NCBI GenBank assembly: GCA_934098385.1
Contig: CAKOOJ010000003.1
Coordinates: 78,848-142,847 of the forward strand
Direction of reading: 5' to 3'
Source: an uncultured Bacilli bacterium
Lineage (GTDB): Bacteria; Bacillota_I; Bacilli_A; RF39; UBA660
DNA length: 64,000 bases
Within the stretch, counting starts at the first letter, position 1. The number at the start of each line of letters is the position of its first letter. A program made the translations under genes and the position numbers. The notes under the pieces were generated by a model that was not told the origin of the DNA, searched no databases, and saw only the letters and a list, made by a program, of their open reading frames with translations. This document shows, in pieces, positions 56,952 through 64,000 of this stretch.

Positions 56952-57674
56952 TTAATCTTTTTCACTTTCAATTTTTATTTGTTTTAAATATAACACTGTT
57001 GATTCATCAATATACATTTTTAATAAAATTGTATTATTTTCTTTTTCTGCTTCTATTTTTATATTAGTATTTGTATTAAGTGTTATATTTATAATATTTT
57101 TATTTATTGTGTATTTGCCTGTTATTTCATCTTCATTTGCATACATCGTTAAATAGTTTTTAAATGTATTATCATCATTAAATATGATATACGATTTTTC
57201 ATCATGGTTATTGCCCAAATAGTTTTCTACCGATTCTGATACACCATTTACTTTTAAATCATATGGTTCATAATATCCAACTAAATCTTCTTTAGTTAAA
57301 TAAGTGTTATTTTCACAAGTTATTTTTTTAATTGTACCATCATTGTTTAAATATTTACAACTATAATTTCCTGTACTATCTAATTCACAATCATATGCTT
57401 TTTCACACATTAATTTATTTGCATTATTCTTTGCTGTATCTAAAGTACTTGAAACTGTTCCAACGCTTATTAAAAGTAATAATACTAAGAACTGGAATAT
57501 AAATAACAACGCTGATATTATTATACCTGCTATACTTAACCCTTTTCCTTTATTATTTAATTCTTTTGATTTATTTAATCCTATTATTGAAAGTATTAAA
57601 CCTACTACTGGTATTATAAACGACAAGATAAAACCTACTATTGATATTGTATTGTTTTCATTATTATTTTTCAT
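56952..57674 (-). CDS. DUF4190-type two-TM anchor fused to a 170-aa variable domain
   Basis: The N-terminus is MKNNNENNTISIVGFILSFIIPVVGLILSIIGLNKSKELNNKGKGLSIAGIIIS. The C-terminal domain is unrelated to that of its paralogue. Confidence 0.55.
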   Translation of the reverse strand: MKNNNENNTISIVGFILSFIIPVVGLILSIIGLNKSKELNNKGKGLSIAGIIISALLFIFQFLVLLLLISVGTVSSTLDTAKNNANKLMCEKAYDCELDSTGNYSCKYLNNDGTIKKITCENNTYLTKEDLVGYYEPYDLKVNGVSESVENYLGNNHDEKSYIIFNDDNTFKNYLTMYANEDEITGKYTINKNIINITLNTNTNIKIEAEKENNTILLKMYIDESTVLYLKQIKIESEKD

Positions 57675-57679
57675 TTCTT
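57521..57679. repeat. Direct repeat (5' end of the DUF4190 paralogue), copy 2
   Basis: See copy 1. Confidence 0.8.
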
Positions 57680-57700
57680 TACTCCTTTTTCATTTTTATA

Positions 57701-58135
57701 TTATTGGTCTTTGATTTCTAAATTATCTATTTGTTTAGCTAAGCCATTGAACCAACTTATTGTAACTATATAATCGTTATTTAGTATTAAATCATTATTA
57801 CCTATCGTATAACAATAAACTGGTTTCAAAGATATTTTTTTTGGATTAGTTTTTGGTATAGTAAAAACCATTTGACAAATTTGTTTTCCCTTATAATTTT
57901 CAATATTTTTTTGGACTAGTGTCATACGCATCTTTCCAGATTTTGCAAATAACCTTACATCGAAATAAATAATAGCAACGCATAAAATTATTCCACCTAT
58001 AAATTCTGGATTTCTATCTATCAATAGTTTTATTGAATAAATAGGTGTTGAAATACTAAATAAAATCATCATAAATAAAGCATATACGTTCATAATAAAT
58101 GAGTTCCATATTCCTTTTTTTGTATATACTTTCAT
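57701..58135 (-). CDS. Hypothetical membrane protein (2 TM helices, 144 aa)
   Basis: The ORF starts 4 nt after the upstream gene. No motif was recognised. Confidence 0.45.
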   Translation of the reverse strand: MKVYTKKGIWNSFIMNVYALFMMILFSISTPIYSIKLLIDRNPEFIGGIILCVAIIYFDVRLFAKSGKMRMTLVQKNIENYKGKQICQMVFTIPKTNPKKISLKPVYCYTIGNNDLILNNDYIVTISWFNGLAKQIDNLEIKDQ

Positions 58136-58139
58136 TCCC

Positions 58140-58448
58140 TTACTCCTTACTAATATTGTTTTTTAATTCTTTAAAGTCTTCATTCTCGTAGCCTTTAAAA
58201 ATTATTTTTGTTATATTTTTTTCTGTATAAAAATTTGTTGATTCTAAATAAAAATTATATTTTTTCAATTCTTTATTTTTGTATTCTATATTTATTAAAT
58301 TAAATGGCCAAGACGTAAAATGATAAATGCTTATATTTTCATATAAATCATAAGTCAAATTATAATTTTGATTATAATAGCCATCAATCATAACTATATA
58401 TTTGTTGTCCAATTCTACTATTGAACCAATTGGTAAAAGTTCTTTCAT
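58140..58448 (-). CDS. DUF4176-like small protein (102 aa)
   Basis: MKELLPIGSIVELDNKYIVMIDGY matches my recollection of the DUF4176 N-terminal signature (LLP-x-GS-[VI]-V ... [LV]MI-x-G). Confidence 0.5.
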   Translation of the reverse strand: MKELLPIGSIVELDNKYIVMIDGYYNQNYNLTYDLYENISIYHFTSWPFNLINIEYKNKELKKYNFYLESTNFYTEKNITKIIFKGYENEDFKELKNNISKE

Positions 58449-58449
58449 A

Positions 58450-58836
58450 TCAATTTTCCTCTTTAATTAAATCTTTATCATTCATAAATTTTTGTCTTAT
58501 TTCATTATCATAACCTAAATATATAACTTTACTTATTTCTTCTGTATTAATATTTATATAATTGTAGTTATCATCGGTTGTTCCTAATGGATATTCCAAG
58601 CACCAATAATCGATTGTTTTTAAAACACTTTTCTTAATATATATTGCTCCTCTATAATTATTAATCATATATAATTTGTCATCATTATTTCTTTTTATTA
58701 TTGTACCTATTGGTAATAATTTATTGAATGAAGTATTACTTTTTATTAATTCACTTTTTTTATATTTATAATAGTCAAAAAGAATTTTAAATATAGAAAT
58801 TAATATAAAAAATATAATTATAATTATTGGTATCAT
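58450..58836 (-). CDS. DUF4176-like protein with N-terminal TM helix (128 aa)
   Basis: After a TM helix it reads LLPIGTIIKRNNDDKLYMINNY, the same signature as the neighbouring gene. Confidence 0.45.
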   Translation of the reverse strand: MIPIIIIIFFILISIFKILFDYYKYKKSELIKSNTSFNKLLPIGTIIKRNNDDKLYMINNYRGAIYIKKSVLKTIDYWCLEYPLGTTDDNYNYININTEEISKVIYLGYDNEIRQKFMNDKDLIKEEN

Positions 58837-59363
58837 GTATTTAATGTATCCTTACATATCTTTATCATTTTATTTAATCTATGATTATCAACTAAAGACC
58901 AAATTATAAAATTTATACAGAAGAAAATAATTAATAAAGAGTCTAAATCAAAATCAATTATTGTAAATATTAATGTAAATAATAATATTGGAAATAATAT
59001 TATTATTAAAATGTTATTTTTTCTTTTTTTATTTTTAGAATATTTATATGATATATTAAATAGGTATTTTTTATGGTTAATATCTAAAGATTGAAAGTTA
59101 TTATTTAATTCATTTAAAAACTCCTTATAATGTATGTTAGTTTCAAATTCATTTTTTATAATATTTAAAATAACTTTATTTTCATCATTGTTATATACTA
59201 CATAAAAATATATTGTGCATAAATCTTGATATGTTTGTACGGTACTTATTAATTGTCTTAAATTACTAATACATTCATCATATTTTTTCTTTTTTATATT
59301 TGTATTTATTTTATCTAAACTAAGCTTATTTGTTTCTAAAAAATTTAAATAATTATATTCCAT
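58833..59363 (-). CDS. Hypothetical protein with C-terminal TM helices (176 aa)
   Basis: It has an ATGA overlap with the downstream gene and an 11-nt overlap with the upstream gene. Confidence 0.45.
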   Translation of the reverse strand: MEYNYLNFLETNKLSLDKINTNIKKKKYDECISNLRQLISTVQTYQDLCTIYFYVVYNNDENKVILNIIKNEFETNIHYKEFLNELNNNFQSLDINHKKYLFNISYKYSKNKKRKNNILIIILFPILLFTLIFTIIDFDLDSLLIIFFCINFIIWSLVDNHRLNKMIKICKDTLNT

Positions 59364-59838
59364 CTTTCTTTACTCCTAACTTATTGATACAATCTTCTAA
59401 ATATTTTAAGTCTTCTAATACTACTCCATTAAGTATACATGGTCCATTTTTATTAATACTTCGTTCTTTACCATATAAATTAAGCCAAACATAAAAATTT
59501 ATTGTATTATCTGTTATTTCATATTTTAAATATCTAGAACTTGATGTTATATCAACGTAATAAATTGTTTTATATGCATAGTATGCAGTTTCTTTTCTAT
59601 ATCTATTTTCTTTATATAATAATTTTTTTAACATTTCTTCTATATTTTTTGATATTTCATCTTTAGATATATTCTTGGGGATAGGTAATTGTATGCAAGT
59701 TCTAGAGATTTTATTTTTTCCTATAAAACAAATATAAAATAGTGCTATTATTATTGAAAGTACTATAATAAAGATTAAAATATTTTGTACTATTTCAATT
59801 AAGAAAAATTTATAAAAAAATATACTTACTATTGTCAT
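59353..59838 (-). CDS. Hypothetical membrane protein (161 aa as tracked; frame is open upstream to 59916 without a start)
   Basis: It has an N-terminal TM helix. See the finding on the A7 tract: one extra A would fuse it with the 31-codon ORF at 59865..59960. Confidence 0.45.
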   Translation of the reverse strand: MTIVSIFFYKFFLIEIVQNILIFIIVLSIIIALFYICFIGKNKISRTCIQLPIPKNISKDEISKNIEEMLKKLLYKENRYRKETAYYAYKTIYYVDITSSSRYLKYEITDNTINFYVWLNLYGKERSINKNGPCILNGVVLEDLKYLEDCINKLGVKKDGI

Positions 59839-59864
59839 TAAAAGAGCTATAGGTACAATAATTT

Positions 59865-59960
59865 TTATATATTGAGAATATTTTTTTCTTCTCCAATTAA
59901 TATTTCTGTTTCTAATTCATTTAATGTTTTATATTCTATGTTTACGTTATTATTTTTCAT
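59865..59960 (-). CDS. 31-codon ORF immediately after the rSAM gene (either a 5' fragment of the next gene or a stand-alone peptide)
   Basis: Hand translation gives MKNNNVNIEYKTLNELETEILIGEEKNILNI*. An AGGAG lies 7 nt upstream of the ATG (59960..59958), which is 12 nt after the rSAM stop codon. Confidence 0.3.
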   Translation of the reverse strand: MKNNNVNIEYKTLNELETEILIGEEKNILNI

Positions 59961-59972
59961 GTTATTACTCCT

Positions 59973-60962
59973 TTATAAATTACATCCTATATCTTTATAA
60001 TTTAAGTCATTATATATTGCGTATGTTAAACATTTAAGTCCGCCATGACATGTTTCTGAATGTTCACATTTTTTGCAATCGTTGGGTATTTTATTTTTTC
60101 TTAATTCTTTTAATAATTTATTATTTGTATATAAATCATACATATTGTTTTTAAATAAATTTCCTATAAGTATAGGCATTCTACGACATGGAACTAAATC
60201 TCCATTTTCCATGACAGTTAGTAATGTATCACCTGCTGTACATCCATATGCAAAATCATTTGTCATTTGAAATTGTAAAGCTCTGCACATAGATATACGT
60301 GTATTATTTTTTTTAAGTGTCATTTTTTTTCTTTCATTATTCATGATTTTTAAATATTCTAATGTTTGTTCTTTATTTAATATTAATGATTTATCTATAT
60401 TATCACCTAATGGTATATATCTGTCAGACCAAACATTATCAACCTTATGTTTTTTAGCACATTTTACCACTTCTGGAAATTCCTTATAATTTATACCTGT
60501 TGCTGTAAAAGATATAGATGTAAATATATCATGTTTTTTTAAGTTGTCTATTCCTTTTTCTATTAATTTATATGAACCTTTTCCTCTTATATAATCGTTT
60601 GTTTTCTCGCTACCTTCTAAACTTACTTGTACATAGATGGGACTATAAGTTTTTATTTTTTTTGCTATAGTATCATCAATTAGAGTTCCATTTGTTAATA
60701 TCGAAAAAGTTATTAAATTTTTGTCTTGTCTTATTAAATCTAATATTTTAAAAAAATGTGGATTACATAATGGTTCTCCACCTGTTATGTTAATGTGGCC
60801 TTTCATATTTAATTTAATTAATAAATCTTTATATTGATTATAAATTATTTTTAATTTTTCATAACTCAATTCTACTGGTATGTGTTTTTCTTGATAACAA
60901 TGTTTACATTTCAAGTTACATTTTTCACTTAAGTGCCATTGTAAAACAAATTTTTTTACCAT
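59973..60962 (-). CDS. Radical SAM enzyme with C-terminal SPASM-like Cys-rich domain (329 aa)
   Basis: The start is placed at MVKKFVLQWHLSEKCNLKCKHCY (ATG 60962..60960), which carries the CxxxCxxC cluster. GGEPL is present. The C-terminal region is CRALQ..YGCTAGDTLLTVMENGDLVPCRRMP..CKKCEHSETCHGGLKC. The 20 extra codons in the tracked ORF are an out-of-frame reading of the DUF2207 tail. Confidence 0.85.
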   Translation of the reverse strand: MVKKFVLQWHLSEKCNLKCKHCYQEKHIPVELSYEKLKIIYNQYKDLLIKLNMKGHINITGGEPLCNPHFFKILDLIRQDKNLITFSILTNGTLIDDTIAKKIKTYSPIYVQVSLEGSEKTNDYIRGKGSYKLIEKGIDNLKKHDIFTSISFTATGINYKEFPEVVKCAKKHKVDNVWSDRYIPLGDNIDKSLILNKEQTLEYLKIMNNERKKMTLKKNNTRISMCRALQFQMTNDFAYGCTAGDTLLTVMENGDLVPCRRMPILIGNLFKNNMYDLYTNNKLLKELRKNKIPNDCKKCEHSETCHGGLKCLTYAIYNDLNYKDIGCNL

Positions 60963-62725
60963 GAGCCACCTCCACCACATGATGAACAACCGCCACCGCA
61001 AGATGAACAGCCTCCACCACATGATGAGCCTGAATTATTACCGAAATGTGAAAAATTAGATGTTTTTTTATGAGTTGTTTCGTCTTCATAAAATGTGATA
61101 TTATCATAAATATCATAAAATGAAGAATCGCTATCAAATTCAAAATTACCCATATCAATTTTTGGCATTTTTATGTTCTCAAATTTATCTATCCATTTTT
61201 TTGAAACATTAAGAACATATGTGTAAGGTAAAATATCATAAAAATAGCTTGGGTTTTCATTTACTAATTTTTCTAACCTATCTTTTTCAGCGGTTACTAA
61301 AAAATCTCTAAATCCTAAAACTTGTGCTGTGATTTTTTCTCCATACTTTGTTTTTCTTTTCATAAGCATAGCAAAGATAATATTTATAAAGATACATAAG
61401 AATGATAAATTATATAAAATATTCCATGAGGGATCCATATCTTCTATTGTGTAATAAGATAAAGTATTTAAAATAATTACGGCAATTATAATAATTATTA
61501 TGTTTAGTTTCTTACGATTGCTTACTTGGTCATTAATCACATCACTAAATTTATTTTCTAAATTAATTTCAGTATATTCGAATGCTTCATATATTATTTT
61601 ATTTTCACTTAATATAGTTTCATCGCTTTCTCTAAATAATTTATCATATACAGTTCTTTCTAAAATTGATAATGAAGAATATTTTATGTCACTTGTTGCT
61701 ACCTTAGAAATTTTTATTTGTTTCTTTTTATCTTTAATCTCATCTATTTTTATTATTCCTTTACTAGCAAGTTGTATTATTAAAGATATAGTTAATTTTT
61801 TACTTGTTTGTTTTGCATATATATATCCTATTTCTGCAGAATTCATATTTTCAGGAGGATAAAATTCTACAGTTTTTGGTACTTTTGGGTAATTTTTTCC
61901 ATATTTAAACCAAATTAGAAATGAAAAGAAAGTTAATCCAAATATTATTAATGATGTAAAAACAGAGCCATAACCATAGTTCCAATTACCTTGAGTAAAA
62001 TACCCTTCAGGTAACTCTATATCAACAGTTAAAGATTTTTCTAAATGCTTATTTGTATTTTGAAAATATTTTTCTTTATTTAACGTAGCGTAAATTTTGT
62101 TATCTACTATGTTATAATTTACATATTCGGTTATATTTTCTTGTCTCATTTTGTCTGCAAAGAAATTTATATTTGGATTATTTAGAGATTTGGGCATTAT
62201 TATCTCTAAAGATGCATTTTTTATTTCTGTATTCCAATAATCTCCATAAGCGTGAAATATAAATTCATCATATCCTTTGTAAGGATCTGTACCCATATCA
62301 TATGTATATTTTATAACATATGTTTTCTCGCCTAAGTCAACATACTCATAAGCATTTCCTAATCTTATTCTTACTTTCTTTTTCACTCTATCAACTGTAT
62401 ATGGATCACTGCTACTTCTTAAATTTCGCACTGAAGATTTTCTTTTTATAGTATTGTCATTTTTATCAGTATATTCTAACCATTCAGGAATAAATCTATA
62501 AATGCCATGATGATTTATATCATTCCAATTTACGGTGATATTTTCAGTAACGTCTATAACATTATTAGGTAAAACATTTAATATTACGTCATATTTGGAA
62601 ATACTATATCCACTTTCTTCAGTTGTTTCTGTTGTATCTATTTCATTTCCCATAATACCTATTACAACTATTAGACATAATGTAAACCACAAAAATATTT
62701 TTCTTTTTTGTTCTTTTACACTCAT
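60956..62725 (-). CDS. DUF2207-family membrane protein with Cys-studded Gly-rich C-terminal tail
   Basis: It has a signal/TM helix, then YSISKYDVILNVLPNNVIDVTENITVNW..HHGIYRFIP (the DUF2207 hallmark) and several TM helices. The tail is NNSGSSCGGGCSSCGGGCSSCGGGGSW. Confidence 0.8.
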   Translation of the reverse strand: MSVKEQKRKIFLWFTLCLIVVIGIMGNEIDTTETTEESGYSISKYDVILNVLPNNVIDVTENITVNWNDINHHGIYRFIPEWLEYTDKNDNTIKRKSSVRNLRSSSDPYTVDRVKKKVRIRLGNAYEYVDLGEKTYVIKYTYDMGTDPYKGYDEFIFHAYGDYWNTEIKNASLEIIMPKSLNNPNINFFADKMRQENITEYVNYNIVDNKIYATLNKEKYFQNTNKHLEKSLTVDIELPEGYFTQGNWNYGYGSVFTSLIIFGLTFFSFLIWFKYGKNYPKVPKTVEFYPPENMNSAEIGYIYAKQTSKKLTISLIIQLASKGIIKIDEIKDKKKQIKISKVATSDIKYSSLSILERTVYDKLFRESDETILSENKIIYEAFEYTEINLENKFSDVINDQVSNRKKLNIIIIIIAVIILNTLSYYTIEDMDPSWNILYNLSFLCIFINIIFAMLMKRKTKYGEKITAQVLGFRDFLVTAEKDRLEKLVNENPSYFYDILPYTYVLNVSKKWIDKFENIKMPKIDMGNFEFDSDSSFYDIYDNITFYEDETTHKKTSNFSHFGNNSGSSCGGGCSSCGGGCSSCGGGGSW

Positions 62726-63264
62726 AAATTTACCTCTATATTTTCTCTTTCATTTTCTTCGACGTAAAACATTTTTTGTGGTTTTAGTCCCATTAATTTT
62801 GCAATTATATTGCTTGGGAACATTTGAACTTTATTATTAAACTCTCTTACTACTGCATTATAGTACTTTCTTGACTGTGCAATTTCATCTTCCAATTTTA
62901 CTAATGTATTACTCAAATTAATAAATTCCTCATTTGCTTTTAATTCTGGATATTTTTCAGATATTGCGATAAATTGTGTAACATTTTTACTTAATTGTTC
63001 ATTTTTATTTATTTTTTCTTCATTACTTAAATTTGCGTAATTAATATTTCTTAATACAGTAATATTTTTAAAAGTATTTTGTTCATGCTTTGTATATCCT
63101 TTAACGATTTCAACATAGTTCGGAATTAAATCCCATCTTTTTTTCAAATATACATCCATTGTTGCAAAACTTTCTTTAAATCTATTATTTAGTTTTATAA
63201 ATTTATTAACAGTTATTATAAAATAACTAAATAAAAGTATTATTATTAAATATATTACATCCAT
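62722..63264 (-). CDS. lemA: LemA-family protein
   Basis: It has an N-terminal TM helix. KKRWDLIPNYVEIVKGYTKHEQNTF...AQSRKYYNAVVREFNNKVQMFPSNIIA is the LemA signature. Confidence 0.9.
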   Translation of the reverse strand: MDVIYLIIILLFSYFIITVNKFIKLNNRFKESFATMDVYLKKRWDLIPNYVEIVKGYTKHEQNTFKNITVLRNINYANLSNEEKINKNEQLSKNVTQFIAISEKYPELKANEEFINLSNTLVKLEDEIAQSRKYYNAVVREFNNKVQMFPSNIIAKLMGLKPQKMFYVEENERENIEVNL

Positions 63265-63278
63265 ATTTTTACCACCAT

Positions 63279-64000
63279 TTATATTTTTTTAAATAAATTA
63301 TTATTTTTTATTGATTTAAGTATTATGAACGCTAGTGATGATATCATTAGGAATGTTAACACATATTCTTTTACTCCTGTTTTTTTATTTTCTACTGTAC
63401 CTTTTATTCTTTCATCAACTTCGACTGGTTCTTCTTTTGATTCATCTTCAAAAATATATTCAAATTTAGAATCATTATAACTCAAAAACATTTTACCTAA
63501 AAAAGATGTGTAACCTTGTAATAAATCTATATCTGTAACTGGGTAATATTTACCATTTTCATCTTCTAATTCATAATATCCATAATAATAAGCTTTATCT
63601 TGAATATTTATTTTATCAGATATTTTGTAGTTAATTAATTCTGCATCTATTGTATCTGTAATTCCATTACTATCATTCTTCGCATAATTAATCAAATCTT
63701 TAATTCCTTCATAGTTTTTATTATATAATTTTTTTAATATTGCATAATCTGTCATTCTTCCAATTTTATATTTTAATTTTCTTTTTGTTGTTATACCTTT
63801 AGGTGCATAAATTGTTGTAGATACAGTATCTTCACTAAAATATACATTTAATTGTTGATTTATTTCATTTTCTAATTTGTCTATATCGTCTCTTTTTATC
63901 ACAATTACATCTGATGTATTTATATAATAAGTTGCATCTTTGTACTCAAGTACATAAAAGTAAAATGTATCTTTATTTAATTCAAATATAGAACTTAAAC
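63279..64000 (-). CDS. Hypothetical protein with C-terminal TM anchor; 5' end lies beyond the right edge of the window
   Basis: The tracked ORF starts at a GTG (63902..63900). The frame stays open to position 64000 (..LSSIFELNKDTFYFYVLEYKDATYYINTSDVIVIKRDD..), so the gene is probably longer. The C-terminal helix is YVLTFLMISSLAFIILKSI. Confidence 0.5.
   Translation of the reverse strand, partial: LSSIFELNKDTFYFYVLEYKDATYYINTSDVIVIKRDDIDKLENEINQQLNVYFSEDTVSTTIYAPKGITTKRKLKYKIGRMTDYAILKKLYNKNYEGIKDLINYAKNDSNGITDTIDAELINYKISDKINIQDKAYYYGYYELEDENGKYYPVTDIDLLQGYTSFLGKMFLSYNDSKFEYIFEDESKEEPVEVDERIKGTVENKKTGVKEYVLTFLMISSLAFIILKSIKNNNLFKKI

Noticed and set aside
60963-61022. N-terminal extension MWWRLFILRWRLFIMWWRWL of the radical SAM ORF
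   Set aside because: It is an out-of-frame reading of the repetitive SSCGGGC-coding tail of the DUF2207 gene. The conserved rSAM N-terminus starts at MVKKF, which has its own GGAGG Shine-Dalgarno.
60925-61158. 77-aa minus-strand ORF (MIWVILNLIAILHF...HHVVEAVHLAVAVVHHVVEVAHG)
   Set aside because: It is the third frame of the same repetitive region and is fully nested in the DUF2207 and rSAM genes. It has no independent support.
361-62840. About 45 plus-strand ORFs of 60-164 aa in the supplied track lie entirely inside longer minus-strand genes. Examples are 361..606, 3244..3576, 4038..4247, 7051..7401, 11992..12477, 29481..29975, 42510..42824, 56666..57067 and 61500..61862.
   Set aside because: They are antisense to genes with clear family motifs. 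They translate to Phe/Leu/Ile/Ser-rich low-complexity strings, as expected from reading AT-rich coding DNA backwards. They lack ribosome-binding sites. I treat them as artefacts.
1-64000. Possibility of genetic code 4 (UGA = Trp), given the extreme AT content
   Set aside because: TGA closes several well-delimited genes (for example LemA at 62724..62722, the ORF ending at 6487, and the ATGA junction at 58833). Conserved Trp positions are TGG. Long genes such as cas9 are intact under the standard code.
1-64000. Prophage, ICE or transposon content
   Set aside because: I found no integrase, transposase, recombinase, terminase, capsid or relaxase signatures in any listed ORF. The Bro-N gene is the only phage-flavoured gene, so no mobile element is annotated beyond its repeat-flanked cassette.

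Overview
Very AT-rich chromosomal segment that looks like Bacillota. This rests on a SipW-type signal peptidase, an LCP protein, a LysM amidase, T-box and S-box leaders, and a type II-A CRISPR-Cas locus. About 55 genes are present and almost all lie on the minus strand. The standard genetic code applies (TGA terminates ORFs, TGG encodes Trp). All family assignments come from motif recognition by eye; no database search was run. Contents from left to right:
- **Left end:** T-box leader, HAD hydrolase and tyrS (truncated by the window edge).
- **Secretion and housekeeping:** glucosaminidase, SipW and a SipW-substrate protein; an OmpR/HK two-component pair; YebC, an S41 protease and a Zn-ADH.
- **Inserted cassette:** a 1.5-kb Bro-N/DinD-like cassette flanked by 49-nt direct repeats.
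- **Polysaccharide locus (about 15 kb):** Wzz, a priming-transferase/GT4 fusion, Wzy, Wzx, ManC, an AlgD-like dehydrogenase, a heparinase II/III-like protein and other glycosyltransferases.
- **Redox and envelope genes:** NifS, thioredoxin and a DsbD-like cluster; an LCP protein; an orphan TIR-domain protein; an amidase with six LysM repeats.
- **CRISPR-Cas:** a complete type II-A locus with tracrRNA, cas9-cas1-cas2-csn2, a leader and 19 repeats.
- **Right half:** SWIM and DUF898 proteins; an ABC-2 transporter; a GNAT; a decayed response-regulator fragment; S-box-metK.
- **Right-end operon:** a tightly packed minus-strand operon of LemA, a DUF2207 protein with a Cys/Gly tail, a radical SAM/SPASM enzyme, small membrane and DUF4176-like proteins, and DUF4190 paralogues.

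My best candidate for an undescribed system is the translationally coupled LemA / DUF2207 (Cys-rich tail) / rSAM-SPASM module and its trailing small genes. Secondary candidates are the orphan TIR protein and the SWIM/DUF898 pair that flank the CRISPR-Cas locus.
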